DNA of 64,000 bases from Bryobacterales bacterium (GCA_965242705.1 OZ251486.1:202736-266735); one strand, 5' to 3'; positions 9,637 through 20,695 are shown, counted from the first letter of the stretch. Notes: a model not told the origin generated them from the letters alone. Translations and numbers: made by a program.

Positions 9637-11681
9637 GGGGGGCCGGCGCGCCGCTCAAGCCGCTGCACCGCTTGGCGCGGGCCTACGGCGTGCTGCCGCG
9701 TTACCGCGACGGGTTCCGCGGGTGGCGCGAGTCGCCGGACGAATCGGTCGCCGCCGCGCTGCAGGCGCTCGGCGCGCCGCTGCGCGGCCCCGGCGGCGCC
9801 GAGCAGGCGTCGGCGGCCTGCCGCGAAGCTCATTGGCGGCGGGCGCTGCCGCCGGTCGTCGTTTCGTGGGCGCCCGGCCCCTTCGGTTTCCGCGCGCGCC
9901 TGCCGCGCCGTTTGGCCGAGACGCCGCTGGACTGCGCGCTCGAGCTCGAAAACGGCGAAACCCTGTCGTGGGCCGCGGCGGCCGGCGGGCCGCGCGTCGA
10001 GCGCGCGGCGCGGATGCATGGCGCCGACTACCGCGTTTTGCGGGTAACCGCGGGGGCGGACGTTCCCGCGGGCCGCCATACGCTGCACGTCACGGCCGGG
10101 CGGCAGACGTGGAGCGCCCGCGTGCTGCGCGCGCCGCGCGCCGCGCCGGCTCTCAAGAAAACCTGGGGCGTTTTTCTGCCGCTGTACGCGCTGCACAGCG
10201 AGCGCTCGCTCGGCGCGGGCGACCTGGGCGACCTCGCCGCGCTGCTCGATTGGGTCCACGGCCTCGGCGGCGGCCTGGCGGGCATCCTTCCCCTGTTGGC
10301 GGCGTTTCCGGACAATCCCAGCCCTTATACTCCGGTCAGCCGCCTGTTCTGGAACGAGTCGCACCTCGACCCGCGGCGCTTGCCGGAGTGGCCGCCGTGC
10401 TCCGCGGCGCAGGCGTATCTTGCCTCTGCTGAAGCGCGCGGCGTGGTTGCGCAGTCGCGTCAGGCGCGGCGCGTCGATTTCCGGGCGGTCGGGGCCGTCA
10501 AGCGGAAAACGATCGAGCTGCTTGCCCAATCGCTCGCCGGGGAGCGGCTCGGCGAATACGAGCAGGCGCTCGAAAACGACCCCGCGCTGCGGCGTTACGC
10601 CGCTTTCCGCGCGGGCGTCGAGCGGGAAGCGGGCGGTGGCGGCGGCGACCCCTTCCGCTACCACGCCTACGCCCAATGGGCCATGCGGCGGCAGTTGCGC
10701 GGCATCGCCGAAACGGCGCGGGCCGGCGGCGCCGGGCTGTATCTCGATCTACCGCTCGGCGTTCATCCGCGGGGCTTCGACCGCTTGGCGGAGCATCCGC
10801 GGTCGTTTGCCGACGGCGTTACCGGAGGCGCGCCGCCCGACCGTTTTTTCAGCAAGGGGCAGAACTGGGGCTTCGCCCCGCTCAACCCGATCGCGCAGCG
10901 CGAGGCCGGCCACAGCTACTTCATCGACTGCATCCGCGCGCAGATGCAATACGCCGGGGCGCTGCGCATCGACCACGCGATGGGGCTGCATCGGCAATAC
11001 TGGATTCCCGCGGGCGCCGAGGCCGATCAAGGCGTTTACGTGCAATACCCGGCCGACGAACTGTACGCCGTGTTGTGTCTGGAAGCGCAGCGGAGCGGGA
11101 CGGCCATCGTGGGCGAAGACCTGGGAACCGTGCCGGGCTATGTCCGCGGCCGGATGCGCGCGCACGGCCTGCAGCGCATGTACGTTGCTCAATTCGAGAT
11201 GCGGCCCGACGCCGCAAGCGCGCTGCCGCCGCCCGCGCGGGACGCGGCGGCCTCAATCGGCACGCACGACACGCCGACCTTCGCCGCGTTCTGGAACGGC
11301 GACGACATCCGCGATCAACAGGCGCTCGGCCTGCTCGAAGCCGGCCACGCCGCAGAGGCGGCGGAGCGCAGGCAAAAGATCAAGGCCGCCACGCGGCGCT
11401 ATTTCGGCAAAGCGCAAGGCGCCGCCGCGAACGCCATACTGGAAGAGTGCCTGTATGCGCTCGGCGCGTCGCAGGCGGCTTGCGTCGTGGTCAACCTCGA
11501 AGATCTGTGGGGCGAGCGGATGCCGCAGAATACGCCGGGAACCGACCGCGAGCGTCCGAACTGGTCGCGCCGCGCGCAATACGCTTTCGAAAAATTTTCC
11601 AAAGACCCCGAAATTTTGCGGATTCTGGGCAAGCTGAACGCGCTTCGCAAGACCGAAAACGCCGGGCCGCGCAAGCCATGA
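9627..11681 (+). CDS. malQ: 4-alpha-glucanotransferase (amylomaltase, GH77)
   Basis: The sequence MRMRGAGAPLKPLHRLARAYGVLPRYRDGFRGW... carries GH77 blocks (LPLLAAFPDNPSPYTPVSRLFWN, FFSKGQNWGFAPLNP, LRIDHAMGLHRQYWIP, VGEDLGTVP). ATGs at 9627 and 9633 overlap the glgX stop (ATGA at 9633-9636). The part of the track ORF upstream of 9627 is read-through inside glgX. Confidence 0.9.
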   Translation: MRMRGAGAPLKPLHRLARAYGVLPRYRDGFRGWRESPDESVAAALQALGAPLRGPGGAEQASAACREAHWRRALPPVVVSWAPGPFGFRARLPRRLAETPLDCALELENGETLSWAAAAGGPRVERAARMHGADYRVLRVTAGADVPAGRHTLHVTAGRQTWSARVLRAPRAAPALKKTWGVFLPLYALHSERSLGAGDLGDLAALLDWVHGLGGGLAGILPLLAAFPDNPSPYTPVSRLFWNESHLDPRRLPEWPPCSAAQAYLASAEARGVVAQSRQARRVDFRAVGAVKRKTIELLAQSLAGERLGEYEQALENDPALRRYAAFRAGVEREAGGGGGDPFRYHAYAQWAMRRQLRGIAETARAGGAGLYLDLPLGVHPRGFDRLAEHPRSFADGVTGGAPPDRFFSKGQNWGFAPLNPIAQREAGHSYFIDCIRAQMQYAGALRIDHAMGLHRQYWIPAGAEADQGVYVQYPADELYAVLCLEAQRSGTAIVGEDLGTVPGYVRGRMRAHGLQRMYVAQFEMRPDAASALPPPARDAAASIGTHDTPTFAAFWNGDDIRDQQALGLLEAGHAAEAAERRQKIKAATRRYFGKAQGAAANAILEECLYALGASQAACVVVNLEDLWGERMPQNTPGTDRERPNWSRRAQYAFEKFSKDPEILRILGKLNALRKTENAGPRKP

Positions 11682-13669
11682 ACAGCCGTTTTTCAGACAT
11701 TGACCTGCATCTCTTCAACGAGGGGCGTTTCTACGAAAACTACGCCAAGCTCGGCGCGCATCCGGGCGAGTCGGAAGGCCGCCGCGGCGTGTGGTTCGCG
11801 GTCTGGGCGCCGAACGCCGAGGCGGTTTCGGTGATCGGCGATTTCAATTCCTGGAAGCGGGAAGCGCATCCGCTGCGCTGCCTGGCCTCATCGGGCATCT
11901 GGGAGGGGTTCGTTCCCGGCCTCGAGCCCGGCGCGCTCTACAAGTATTTCATCCGTTCTCGGGAGCGCGGCTACAGCGTCGAGAAGGCCGACCCCTTCGC
12001 TTTCGCCGGCGAGCTGCGGCCGCGCACCGCGTCTCGAGTTTGCGATCTCGAAACCTACCGCTGGGGCGATGACCGCTGGATGAAAAGCAGGGGGGGGAGG
12101 AACAACCTCGAAGCGCCGCTTTCGATCTACGAGGTCCATTTGGGATCGTGGATGCGCGTTCCCGAGGAAGACGGACGGCTGCTGACCTACCGCGAGGCGG
12201 CTGCTCTGCTCGCCGTGTACGCGCGCAAGATGGCTTTCACCCACGTCGAGCTTCTGCCCGTGACGGAGCACCCGTTCGACGGCTCATGGGGCTACCAGAC
12301 TTTGGGCTATTTCGCGGCAACCTCTCGTTTCGGCGCGCCCGATGATTTCATGTTTCTCGTCGATACGCTGCATCAGGAGGGCATCGGCGTCATTCTCGAC
12401 TGGGCGCCCGCGCATTTCCCCAACGACGAGCACGGACTGGCTTTTTTCGACGGCACGCACCTTTACGAGCACGCCGACCCGCGCCAGAAGACGCATCCCC
12501 ACTGGGACAGCCTGATCTTCAACTACGGGCGCGCCGAAGTAGCCAATTTCCTGATCGGCAGCGCGCTTTTCTGGTTCGACAAATACCACGTCGACGGGCT
12601 GCGCATCGACGCCGTGGCCTCGATGCTCTATCTGGACTACGGCCGCAAAGAGGGGGGCTGGGTCGCCAACCGGCACGGCGGGAAGGAGAACATCGAGGCG
12701 GTCGATTTTCTGCAGCGGCTCAACACGCAAATCTACGCGCGGTTTCCCGAGGCGATGACCCTGGCCGAGGAATCGACTTCATGGCCCGGCGTGTCGCGGC
12801 CCGTTTCCAACGGAGGGCTGGGTTTCGGTTTCAAATGGAACATGGGCTGGATGCACGACGTGCTTCGATACATGAGCGCCGACCCCAAGCAGCGGCCGGA
12901 GCGGCACGATTCGCTGACCTTCGGCATGCTCTACGCCTACCATGAGAATTTCGTGCTGCCGTTCTCGCACGACGAGGTTGTGCATGGGAAAGGCTCGATG
13001 CTGGGCAAGATGCCCGGCGACGATTGGCGCAAGTTCGCCAATTTGCGCCTGCTCTACGCCTTCATGTTCGGCCATCCGGGGAAGAAGCTGCTTTTCATGG
13101 GCTGCGAGTTCGGGCAGCGCGGCGAATGGAATCACGACGTCAGCCTCGACTGGCATCTGGTTGACCATGCCGCGCACCTGGGGCTGCAGAAGCTCACGTC
13201 CGATCTCAACCGCCTGTACCGCAGCGAGCCTGCGCTGTTCCTGCTCGACTGCGAACCGGGCGGCTTCGAGTGGATCGACTGTTCCGATCGCAGCGGGGTC
13301 GTCTGTTTTGTGCGCGAATCGAGCATAGGCGACCCGCCCATCGTGGTCGTTTGCAACTTCATGCCGGAGCTGCGTTACGATTACCGCATCGGCGCGCCGC
13401 GCGCGGGGCGTTGGGAAGAGGTCTTGAACACAGACGCCGCGGTTTACGGCGGCAGCGGAGTCGGCAATCTGGGCGGCATGGAGGCCGAGCCGGTCGGCTG
13501 CCACGGGCATGCGCAGTCTCTGCGCCTGATTTTGCCGCCGCTGGGGGCGCTCTTTCTGAAAGCGGCCGACCGACCGCCCTCGTTGAGCAAGGTCAACCTG
13601 CAGCGCCTGGCTAATTTTCCCTGCCCAGAACGCCCGCGAAGTAGAACGGCCGCCATTGCGTCGAGTTGA
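11678..13669 (+). CDS. glgB: 1,4-alpha-glucan branching enzyme (GH13_9)
   Basis: The sequence MNSRFSDIDLHLFNEGRFYENYAKLGAH... carries DWAPAHF, GLRIDAVASMLY, AEESTSWP and PFSHDEVVHGK. The ATG at 11678 overlaps the malQ stop (ATGA). About 35 extra C-terminal residues run 59 bp into the 3' end of the convergent htrA gene. Confidence 0.92.
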   Translation: MNSRFSDIDLHLFNEGRFYENYAKLGAHPGESEGRRGVWFAVWAPNAEAVSVIGDFNSWKREAHPLRCLASSGIWEGFVPGLEPGALYKYFIRSRERGYSVEKADPFAFAGELRPRTASRVCDLETYRWGDDRWMKSRGGRNNLEAPLSIYEVHLGSWMRVPEEDGRLLTYREAAALLAVYARKMAFTHVELLPVTEHPFDGSWGYQTLGYFAATSRFGAPDDFMFLVDTLHQEGIGVILDWAPAHFPNDEHGLAFFDGTHLYEHADPRQKTHPHWDSLIFNYGRAEVANFLIGSALFWFDKYHVDGLRIDAVASMLYLDYGRKEGGWVANRHGGKENIEAVDFLQRLNTQIYARFPEAMTLAEESTSWPGVSRPVSNGGLGFGFKWNMGWMHDVLRYMSADPKQRPERHDSLTFGMLYAYHENFVLPFSHDEVVHGKGSMLGKMPGDDWRKFANLRLLYAFMFGHPGKKLLFMGCEFGQRGEWNHDVSLDWHLVDHAAHLGLQKLTSDLNRLYRSEPALFLLDCEPGGFEWIDCSDRSGVVCFVRESSIGDPPIVVVCNFMPELRYDYRIGAPRAGRWEEVLNTDAAVYGGSGVGNLGGMEAEPVGCHGHAQSLRLILPPLGALFLKAADRPPSLSKVNLQRLANFPCPERPRSRTAAIASS

Positions 13670-15179
13670 CCCGGCGCATCACCTTGAAGGCGACGTCGCC
13701 GCCCGCTTCGATCGACTTGCGGATCTCGCCGATATCCGCGGCGGCGGAGACCGCCTGCCGATTCATGGCGACGATGACGTCGCCCTCGGCCAAGCCGATG
13801 TCGGCGCTGAACGAACCGGGTTCGACCGCGGTGATCAACACGCCGCCGTCCGCTTCGTAGTTCATCTCGCGGCGCATGCGTTCGGTCATATCTTGCACGG
13901 TAATGCCGAACTCGACGCGCGTTTCGTCGTCTTCCGGCGGCTCTCCGCCGTTGTCGAAACGTCCGCTGAAGAGTTTTTCCCGATCGGCGATGGTGATGTT
14001 GACGGTCATCGGCTTGCCGCCGCGGATCAGCTTGACCGGCACGGTGGAGCCGACGCCCGTGGCGGCGACGACTTCGATCAGGTGGTCGCCGTCGCGGATG
14101 GCTACCCCGTCGATATGGGTGATGACGTCTTCGGCCTGCATGCCGGCCCTTTCAGCCGGGCCGCCTTCGACCACCTGGCTGACGAAGATGCCGCCCTCGC
14201 CGTCGCCGTAGGTGCGCAGCAGTGCCGGGTCTTGCGCGCTGCTGAACTGGATGCCGATCGAGCCGCGCGCTACGCGGCCGTACTTGATGATCTGGTTATA
14301 CACATTGACCGCGATGTTCGACGCCAGAGCGAAGCCCAGCCCGTCGTAGCCGCCGGTGCGCGAGATGATCGCCGTGTTGATGCCGATGATTTCGCCGCGG
14401 ACGTTGAGCAGCGGCCCGCCGCTGTTGCCCGGGTTGATGGCCGCATCGGTCTGCAGGAACTTCTGGAACGGACGGGTGAACGCGGCCATATTGACTTCGC
14501 GCGATTTGGCGCTGATGATGCCCGCCGTCACCGTTTCCCTGTAGCCGAAAGGCGAGCCGATGGCGATCGCCCAGTCGCCGACGTTGACCACGTCGGAATT
14601 GCCGATGGGCGCCGCCTCCATGTCTTTCTTGCCGGCTACGTAGATCACCGCCAGATCGGTTTCCTCGTCCGCGCCGATAATCTTGGCTTCGTATTTCTTG
14701 TCGTCGTCCACGAAGCGCACGTGAATCCGGTCGGCGTCGGCGACGACGTGCTGATTGGTGATGATGTAGCCCTTGGCATCGACGACCACGCCGGAACCCT
14801 CGCCGCGGCCCCGGCGCCGCGGGTCGGGCTGGTCGGGAGGCGAACCGAAAAAGCGGCGGAAGAAATCTTGCATCTCGCCCGGAATGTCTCCGCCCGGGTC
14901 TTGCCTGCGTCGTTCCGTACGCGATTCGGGCAGCGATTCCACCTCGATGTTGACCACGGACGGGCGGACTCGCCGGGCGATTTCGGAGAACTGGTTTTCG
15001 ACCGGCTCGCTCTTGGGCACGGTCAGCGGCGCGGCGTCGGAAACGGGTTCGCCTTCCGGCGCGGCCCCGACCGGGTCGGAAACGACCGTGCCGATGAGAA
15101 TGCCGATCAGCAGCGTACACAGGATGAGCGCCGCCGGCAGGAATTTCCTTTGCAAGAGTTGTTCGCGCATTGTGGTCAT
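13611..15179 (-). CDS. htrA: periplasmic serine endoprotease, HtrA/DegP/DegQ family (trypsin-like domain plus two PDZ domains)
   Basis: The sequence MTTMREQLLQRKFLPAALILCTLLIGILIG (membrane anchor or signal) has the catalytic triad contexts TNQHVV, DLAVI and GNSGGPLLN, followed by two PDZ-like regions. The start is the ATG at 15179 (another lies at 15170). The upstream 103 codons of the track ORF are Arg/Ala-rich read-through. Confidence 0.9.
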   Translation of the reverse strand: MTTMREQLLQRKFLPAALILCTLLIGILIGTVVSDPVGAAPEGEPVSDAAPLTVPKSEPVENQFSEIARRVRPSVVNIEVESLPESRTERRRQDPGGDIPGEMQDFFRRFFGSPPDQPDPRRRGRGEGSGVVVDAKGYIITNQHVVADADRIHVRFVDDDKKYEAKIIGADEETDLAVIYVAGKKDMEAAPIGNSDVVNVGDWAIAIGSPFGYRETVTAGIISAKSREVNMAAFTRPFQKFLQTDAAINPGNSGGPLLNVRGEIIGINTAIISRTGGYDGLGFALASNIAVNVYNQIIKYGRVARGSIGIQFSSAQDPALLRTYGDGEGGIFVSQVVEGGPAERAGMQAEDVITHIDGVAIRDGDHLIEVVAATGVGSTVPVKLIRGGKPMTVNITIADREKLFSGRFDNGGEPPEDDETRVEFGITVQDMTERMRREMNYEADGGVLITAVEPGSFSADIGLAEGDVIVAMNRQAVSAAADIGEIRKSIEAGGDVAFKVMRRVNSTQWRPFYFAGVLGREN

Positions 15180-15285
15180 CGCTCTGTATCTTTGACGCGC
15201 CGCCCGGCGCAGGGTAACCCGAAACTGAAAATCATTATATCCGCGGCGCCGATGCGCGCGCAAAAAACGCAAGGCGGCGGCGCCC

Positions 15286-16077
15286 CTATGCCGCGGCGGC
15301 AGGCTTGCCGGAAGCCCTGAGCCACAAGTACGCGCCGAGCGCGCCGAGCGCCAGGGCGGCGACCTGCGTCGTGCTGACGATTCCGCCGGCGATGATCGTG
15401 CGCGAGCCTTCCGCGCGGAAGAACTCCACGGCGAAGCGGAACGCCGCGTAGAGCAGCAGATAGCGTCCCAGGATGGCGCCGGGGGCATGCGGCCGCGCCC
15501 AGGCGCGCAGCAGATAGACCCCGATCAGCGCGGCGCCGGCGGCCTCGTAGAGTTGCGTCGGATGCAGATGGACGCCCAGCGGCGCGCCGGTGAACTCGTG
15601 CGCGGCGGGGTCGCTGAAAACGACGGCCCACGGGGCATCCGTTTCGCGGCCCCAGCAGCAGCCGGCCGCGAAGCAGCCGAGCCGCCCGACGGCGTGCCCG
15701 AAAGCTGCGGCCGGCGCCAGCACGTCGGCCGTCGGCAGCCAGGGCAGGCCGACTTTCCCGGCGTACGCGGCGGCAACGGCCAGCGCCGCCAGCAGGCCGC
15801 CGTAGAAGACGCCCCCGGCGCGCAAGGCCGAGAGCGAAAACAGGCGGCTGAAGTCGGCGGAATAGTAGCCCCAGTTGTTGAAAATCATGAACAGCTTCGC
15901 GCCGACGATCGCGGCGATGGCGATAAAGACGCCCAGATTGGCGACCTTTTCCGGGTCGAGCCGCGAGCGCCCGGCCAGCCGTCCGGCGATCTTGAGCCCG
16001 AGCAACAGGCCGGCCGCCACCAGCACGCCGTAAGTCGGAACGTCGAAAGAGCCGATGGAAAACAGGCGCGGATACAT
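15286..16077 (-). CDS. lgt: prolipoprotein diacylglyceryl transferase
   Basis: 263-aa ORF with an ATG start. The sequence MYPRLFSIGSFDVPTYGVLVAAGLLLG..., GHAVGRLGCFAAGCCWG and HPTQLYEA are typical Lgt signatures, and the protein is polytopic and hydrophobic. Confidence 0.93.
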   Translation of the reverse strand: MYPRLFSIGSFDVPTYGVLVAAGLLLGLKIAGRLAGRSRLDPEKVANLGVFIAIAAIVGAKLFMIFNNWGYYSADFSRLFSLSALRAGGVFYGGLLAALAVAAAYAGKVGLPWLPTADVLAPAAAFGHAVGRLGCFAAGCCWGRETDAPWAVVFSDPAAHEFTGAPLGVHLHPTQLYEAAGAALIGVYLLRAWARPHAPGAILGRYLLLYAAFRFAVEFFRAEGSRTIIAGGIVSTTQVAALALGALGAYLWLRASGKPAAAA

Positions 16078-16165
16078 GGGCGTTACCGGAATCGAGCGGC
16101 CAAAAGAGTAGTTTGCGCGTACAGCGCAGGGAAGGTCAACCGCGGCGGGCCGCGCCCAGCCGCCG

Positions 16166-16609
16166 CTATCGGGCGCCGCGAAGCTCTTCCACGCTCCAGT
16201 ATTCGCTGCGGCCCGCGTTCTGCTTGCGGACGCGGCGCACTTGCGCCTCGGAAACCGGCTTGCCCTCAGAGTTGAAGGCCGTTCGGACGAACGAGAGCAG
16301 GTCGGCGACCGTCTTGTCGGAAAGGATGCTGCCGAAACCCGGCATCTCGCGGTCGTAAACCTTGCCGTGCAATTCGATGCGCCCGCGCACGCCGTGCAGG
16401 ACGATCCGGATCAGCGGCTCCGCCTCGCCGTCAACCCAGGGCGAGTCGTGCAGCGGCGGGGCCTCGCCCATTTCCTGCCCGTCGTAGCGGTGGCAGGCGG
16501 CGCAATAGTCGCGGAACGTTTTCTCGCCCGGTCTCTCGGCGGCCTGCGCCGCGGCCGGGCAAACGGCGGCAATCGCCAGGGAAACCCAAAACGGCGCGGC
16601 GCGGCTCAT
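16166..16609 (-). CDS. small secreted c-type cytochrome (single CxxCH)
   Basis: From the ATG at 16609 the product reads MSRAAPFWVSLAIAAVCPAAAQAAERPGEKTFRDYCAACHRYDG...MPGFG, with a signal peptide, a CAACH haem motif and a distal Met-Pro. The start overlaps the lspA stop (ATGA at 16606-16609). The longer track ORF beginning at 16711 is rejected. Confidence 0.8.
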   Translation of the reverse strand: MSRAAPFWVSLAIAAVCPAAAQAAERPGEKTFRDYCAACHRYDGQEMGEAPPLHDSPWVDGEAEPLIRIVLHGVRGRIELHGKVYDREMPGFGSILSDKTVADLLSFVRTAFNSEGKPVSEAQVRRVRKQNAGRSEYWSVEELRGAR

Positions 16610-17106
16610 GGGGTTTCGCCTGCGGCCGGCTTCGGCTTGCGGAACGACCCGAGCAGCAGCAGCGCGGCCCCGACCGTGATCGCGCTGTCGGCGACGTTGA
16701 ATGCCGGCCAATGGTACGCGCCGACGTGAACATCGAGAAAATCGACCACGTAACCGTAGGCGAAACGGTCGTAAAGATTGCCCGCCGCGCCGGCGAGCAC
16801 GAGCGTCAACGCCGGCGTCGAAGCGCGTCCGGCGTCCGGCTGTCGGGCGAACAGGAAGACGATCAGCACGACCGCGGCAAGGGAAACCGCCGGCAGGACG
16901 ACGTTGCGCACCAACGGGGGCGAATCGGCGAACAGGCTGAAGGCGAGGCCGGTGTTGCGCGTATGCACGATGTCGAAAAACCCTTCGACGACCGTTTTCG
17001 AGGAATGGAGCGGCAGCCGCTCGGCAACCTCGATCTTCGACCAGCGGTCGAGCGCCGCGATTGCTGCGCCCAAGCCGCCGTAGATCGCATAGGGCGACAC
17101 GCTCAA
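16606..17106 (-). CDS. lspA: lipoprotein signal peptidase (signal peptidase II)
   Basis: 166-aa ORF with a TTG start at 17106. It contains the conserved blocks HTRNTGLAFS, NLYDRF, VVDFLD and WPAFNVAD, and has four hydrophobic segments. Confidence 0.9.
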   Translation of the reverse strand: MSVSPYAIYGGLGAAIAALDRWSKIEVAERLPLHSSKTVVEGFFDIVHTRNTGLAFSLFADSPPLVRNVVLPAVSLAAVVLIVFLFARQPDAGRASTPALTLVLAGAAGNLYDRFAYGYVVDFLDVHVGAYHWPAFNVADSAITVGAALLLLGSFRKPKPAAGETP

Positions 17107-17173
17107 GCGGTCAGTCTATCGCACGGGGCCGCCGCGGCTGCGATTGCCCCGCGGTTTTGCAGGCGCGTTCGAC

Positions 17174-17202
17174 TTGTAATGCGAAATGCATTCAGTCATA
17201 AT
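17174..17202 (+). promoter_or_regulatory. candidate sigma70-type promoter upstream of groES (TTGTAA-N17-CATAAT)
   Basis: TTGTAA lies at 17174-17179 and CATAAT at 17197-17202 with a 17-nt spacer, about 170 nt upstream of the groES ATG in the lspA/groES divergent intergenic region. This is a pattern match only. Confidence 0.3.
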
Positions 17203-17370
17203 GGAAGGTTCGAGTTCCGGCTTGGAACCGGATCCGGGAGCGCATTGCGGCAGGGGCGAGCATCCTGCGCATCGGCCGTTTTCCCGGAGCAAAAAACGCA
17301 CAGAGTTTCATTACAGTCCCGCGGCGTTCGCGCGCGCGGGCGAACCCAGACACTTGAGGAGGAAAATACT

Positions 17371-17661
17371 ATGGCACTGCGGCCCTTGGGCAACCGCGTC
17401 GTGGTCGAACGCGTGGAAGAAGAAGAACAGGTTTCGGGGGGCATCATCATCCCCGATTCCGCGAAGGAGAAAGGCCAGACGGCAAAAGTGATTGCCGTCG
17501 GCCCGGGCTCCAGGAAAGACGACGGCGGGGTCGTGCCGCTCGATGTCGGCGTCGGCGACACCGTGCTGATCGGCAAGTACGCCGGCAACGACGTCACTGT
17601 TGACGGCAACGATTACACGATCCTGAACGAGGACGAAATCCTCGGCATCGTCGAAGGGTAG
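17371..17661 (+). CDS. groES: co-chaperonin GroES
   Basis: 96 aa reading MALRPLGNRVVVERVEEEEQVSGGIIIPDSAKEKGQTAKVIAVGPG...ILGIVEG. A GAGGAGG ribosome-binding site lies at 17356-17362. The rest of the track ORF 16711..17661 is upstream read-through. Confidence 0.97.
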   Translation: MALRPLGNRVVVERVEEEEQVSGGIIIPDSAKEKGQTAKVIAVGPGSRKDDGGVVPLDVGVGDTVLIGKYAGNDVTVDGNDYTILNEDEILGIVEG

Positions 17662-19272
<1,611 letters not shown>

Positions 19273-19290
19273 TTTCCGACTGCCCGCAGC

Positions 19291-19327
19291 GCCCGGGGCC
19301 GCCGGCCGGCGGCCCGGGGCTTTCGTT
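19291..19327 (+). terminator. probable intrinsic terminator of groESL
   Basis: GC-rich hairpin at 19291-19320 (GCCCGGGGCCGCC GGCC GGCGGCCCGGGGC, 12 of 13 stem positions paired around a 4-nt loop), immediately followed by TTTCGTT. It begins 19 nt after the groEL stop. Confidence 0.6.
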
Positions 19328-19357
19328 CCGGCAAGCGCGCGGCGGAACTTGCCGATC

Positions 19358-20695
19358 ATGCGAAATTTGTCCGTTCGCTCGACGCTCCTTCTGTGGGTTT
19401 TCCCGGCGCTTTTGGCGCTTTCGGCGGGCGCTCCCCGGCTGCCCGCCCAGTCGTCCGACGCCGACCCGGGCAAGGATTTTCGGGCTTCGCTTCCCGCCTG
19501 GCTGGATATCCGCCCCGAAGCCCGCGCCCGCTACGAGGGACGCTCCGGCAATGCGTTCGAAATCGACGTCGCCAACAGCCTGCAGACGCGCTATCTGCTC
19601 GGGGTCGGCATACGACCGCACCGCCGTTTCCGCGTTTTCGCGCAAGGGATGGATGCGCGCATGCCGACCGCCGAGCGGCGGCAAGTCACGGCGCGCTACC
19701 GCGACGTGTTCGACTTGCGCGAGGCTTACGTGGAGATCGGCGATCCCGACAAAGACCCGTTCCGCGTCATCGTCGGCCGCCAGCTTTTGATCTACGGCTC
19801 GCAGCGGTTGATCTCGCATGCGAACTGGAGCAACTCCCGGCGCGCCTTCGACGCCGCGCGCCTGCGCTTCGAGAACAAGGCGGTCAGGATCGACGGCTTC
19901 ACCGGCTCGGTCGTCAACGATTTCGCCGACCTGCCCGACCGCTCCGACTACGGCGACGGCTTCCACGGCGTGTATTCCACCTGGAAGCGCGCGATACCGG
20001 GCGCCGAGATGGACGTTTATCTGCTCTACCGCACCCGGCGGCGGGTCATCGACGAGTTAGGACGCGCGGGCGACAGCGATCTGTGGGCGCCGGGACTGCG
20101 CATCGCCGGCAAGGCTCCGGCGGGCATGGACTACGAAATCGAAACCCTGATCCAGCGCGGCCGGCGGGCGCAGTCGCCGATCTCGGCCTGGTCTGCGTTC
20201 GTCGAGGCGGGCCGGCGCTTCTCAAGCCGGCCGGCGAAGCCGCGGCTTTTCTTTCTCTACCAGTACGCTTCGGGCGACGCGGACCCGACGGATGGGAAAT
20301 TCGGCACGCACGACCAGTTCTTCCCGGCCAACCACCGCCACCGCGGCATGCTTGACGTCATCGGCTACCGCAATCTCGAGGATTTCGGGGGCGGCGTCGA
20401 GGCCGCCCCGAGCGGCAAGCTCTCGCTGCGTCTGCAAATCGACTCGTACCGCTTGGCGAGCCGCCATGACGCCCACTATACTTTCGGCGGACAGGTGCTC
20501 GTTCCCCGCGCCGCCGGCGGCGCGCGCAGCCGCCGAATCGGCTATGAATGCGACTTTTCGGCGGACTACCGGCTCAATGCGTTCACCACGCTCTCGGCCG
20601 GGGTCGGGCGGCTTTTCCGCGGCGGTTTCCTGAAGCTGCACTCGAATATCGAATCTTCGACTTTCGGTTACGCGGCGATCGAATTCAAGCCTTGA
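19358..20695 (+). CDS. alginate export family outer-membrane beta-barrel protein
   Basis: From the ATG at 19358 the product reads MRNLSVRSTLLLWVFPALLALSAGAP, with a signal peptide. It contains REAYVEIGD...VGRQLLIYGSQRLISHANWSNSRRAFDAARL, which matches the GRQxLxYGxxRLIxxxxWxNxxRxFDG core of the Alginate_exp family, and ends in aromatic residues (AAIEFKP). The track start at 19349 is a TTG. Confidence 0.7.
   Translation: MRNLSVRSTLLLWVFPALLALSAGAPRLPAQSSDADPGKDFRASLPAWLDIRPEARARYEGRSGNAFEIDVANSLQTRYLLGVGIRPHRRFRVFAQGMDARMPTAERRQVTARYRDVFDLREAYVEIGDPDKDPFRVIVGRQLLIYGSQRLISHANWSNSRRAFDAARLRFENKAVRIDGFTGSVVNDFADLPDRSDYGDGFHGVYSTWKRAIPGAEMDVYLLYRTRRRVIDELGRAGDSDLWAPGLRIAGKAPAGMDYEIETLIQRGRRAQSPISAWSAFVEAGRRFSSRPAKPRLFFLYQYASGDADPTDGKFGTHDQFFPANHRHRGMLDVIGYRNLEDFGGGVEAAPSGKLSLRLQIDSYRLASRHDAHYTFGGQVLVPRAAGGARSRRIGYECDFSADYRLNAFTTLSAGVGRLFRGGFLKLHSNIESSTFGYAAIEFKP

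Noticed and set aside
9336-16711. Long N-terminal extensions in the track ORFs for malQ (from 9336), glgB (from 10676), htrA (from 15488), cytochrome c (from 16711), etfB (from 25066), cysK (from 22281) and groES (from 16711).
   Set aside because: The extensions run through the preceding gene or through intergenic DNA and are compositionally aberrant. The family-typical N-termini begin at internal ATG or TTG codons, often with ATGA coupling or a Shine-Dalgarno sequence. The track also reports non-ATG starts as M, for example the TTGs at 22604, 17106 and 19349.
17107-17370. A CIRCE element (TTAGCACTC-N9-GAGTGCTAA) upstream of groES.
   Set aside because: I read the whole 264-bp intergenic region and found no match to the CIRCE inverted repeat. 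Only a sigma70-like hexamer pair was seen.
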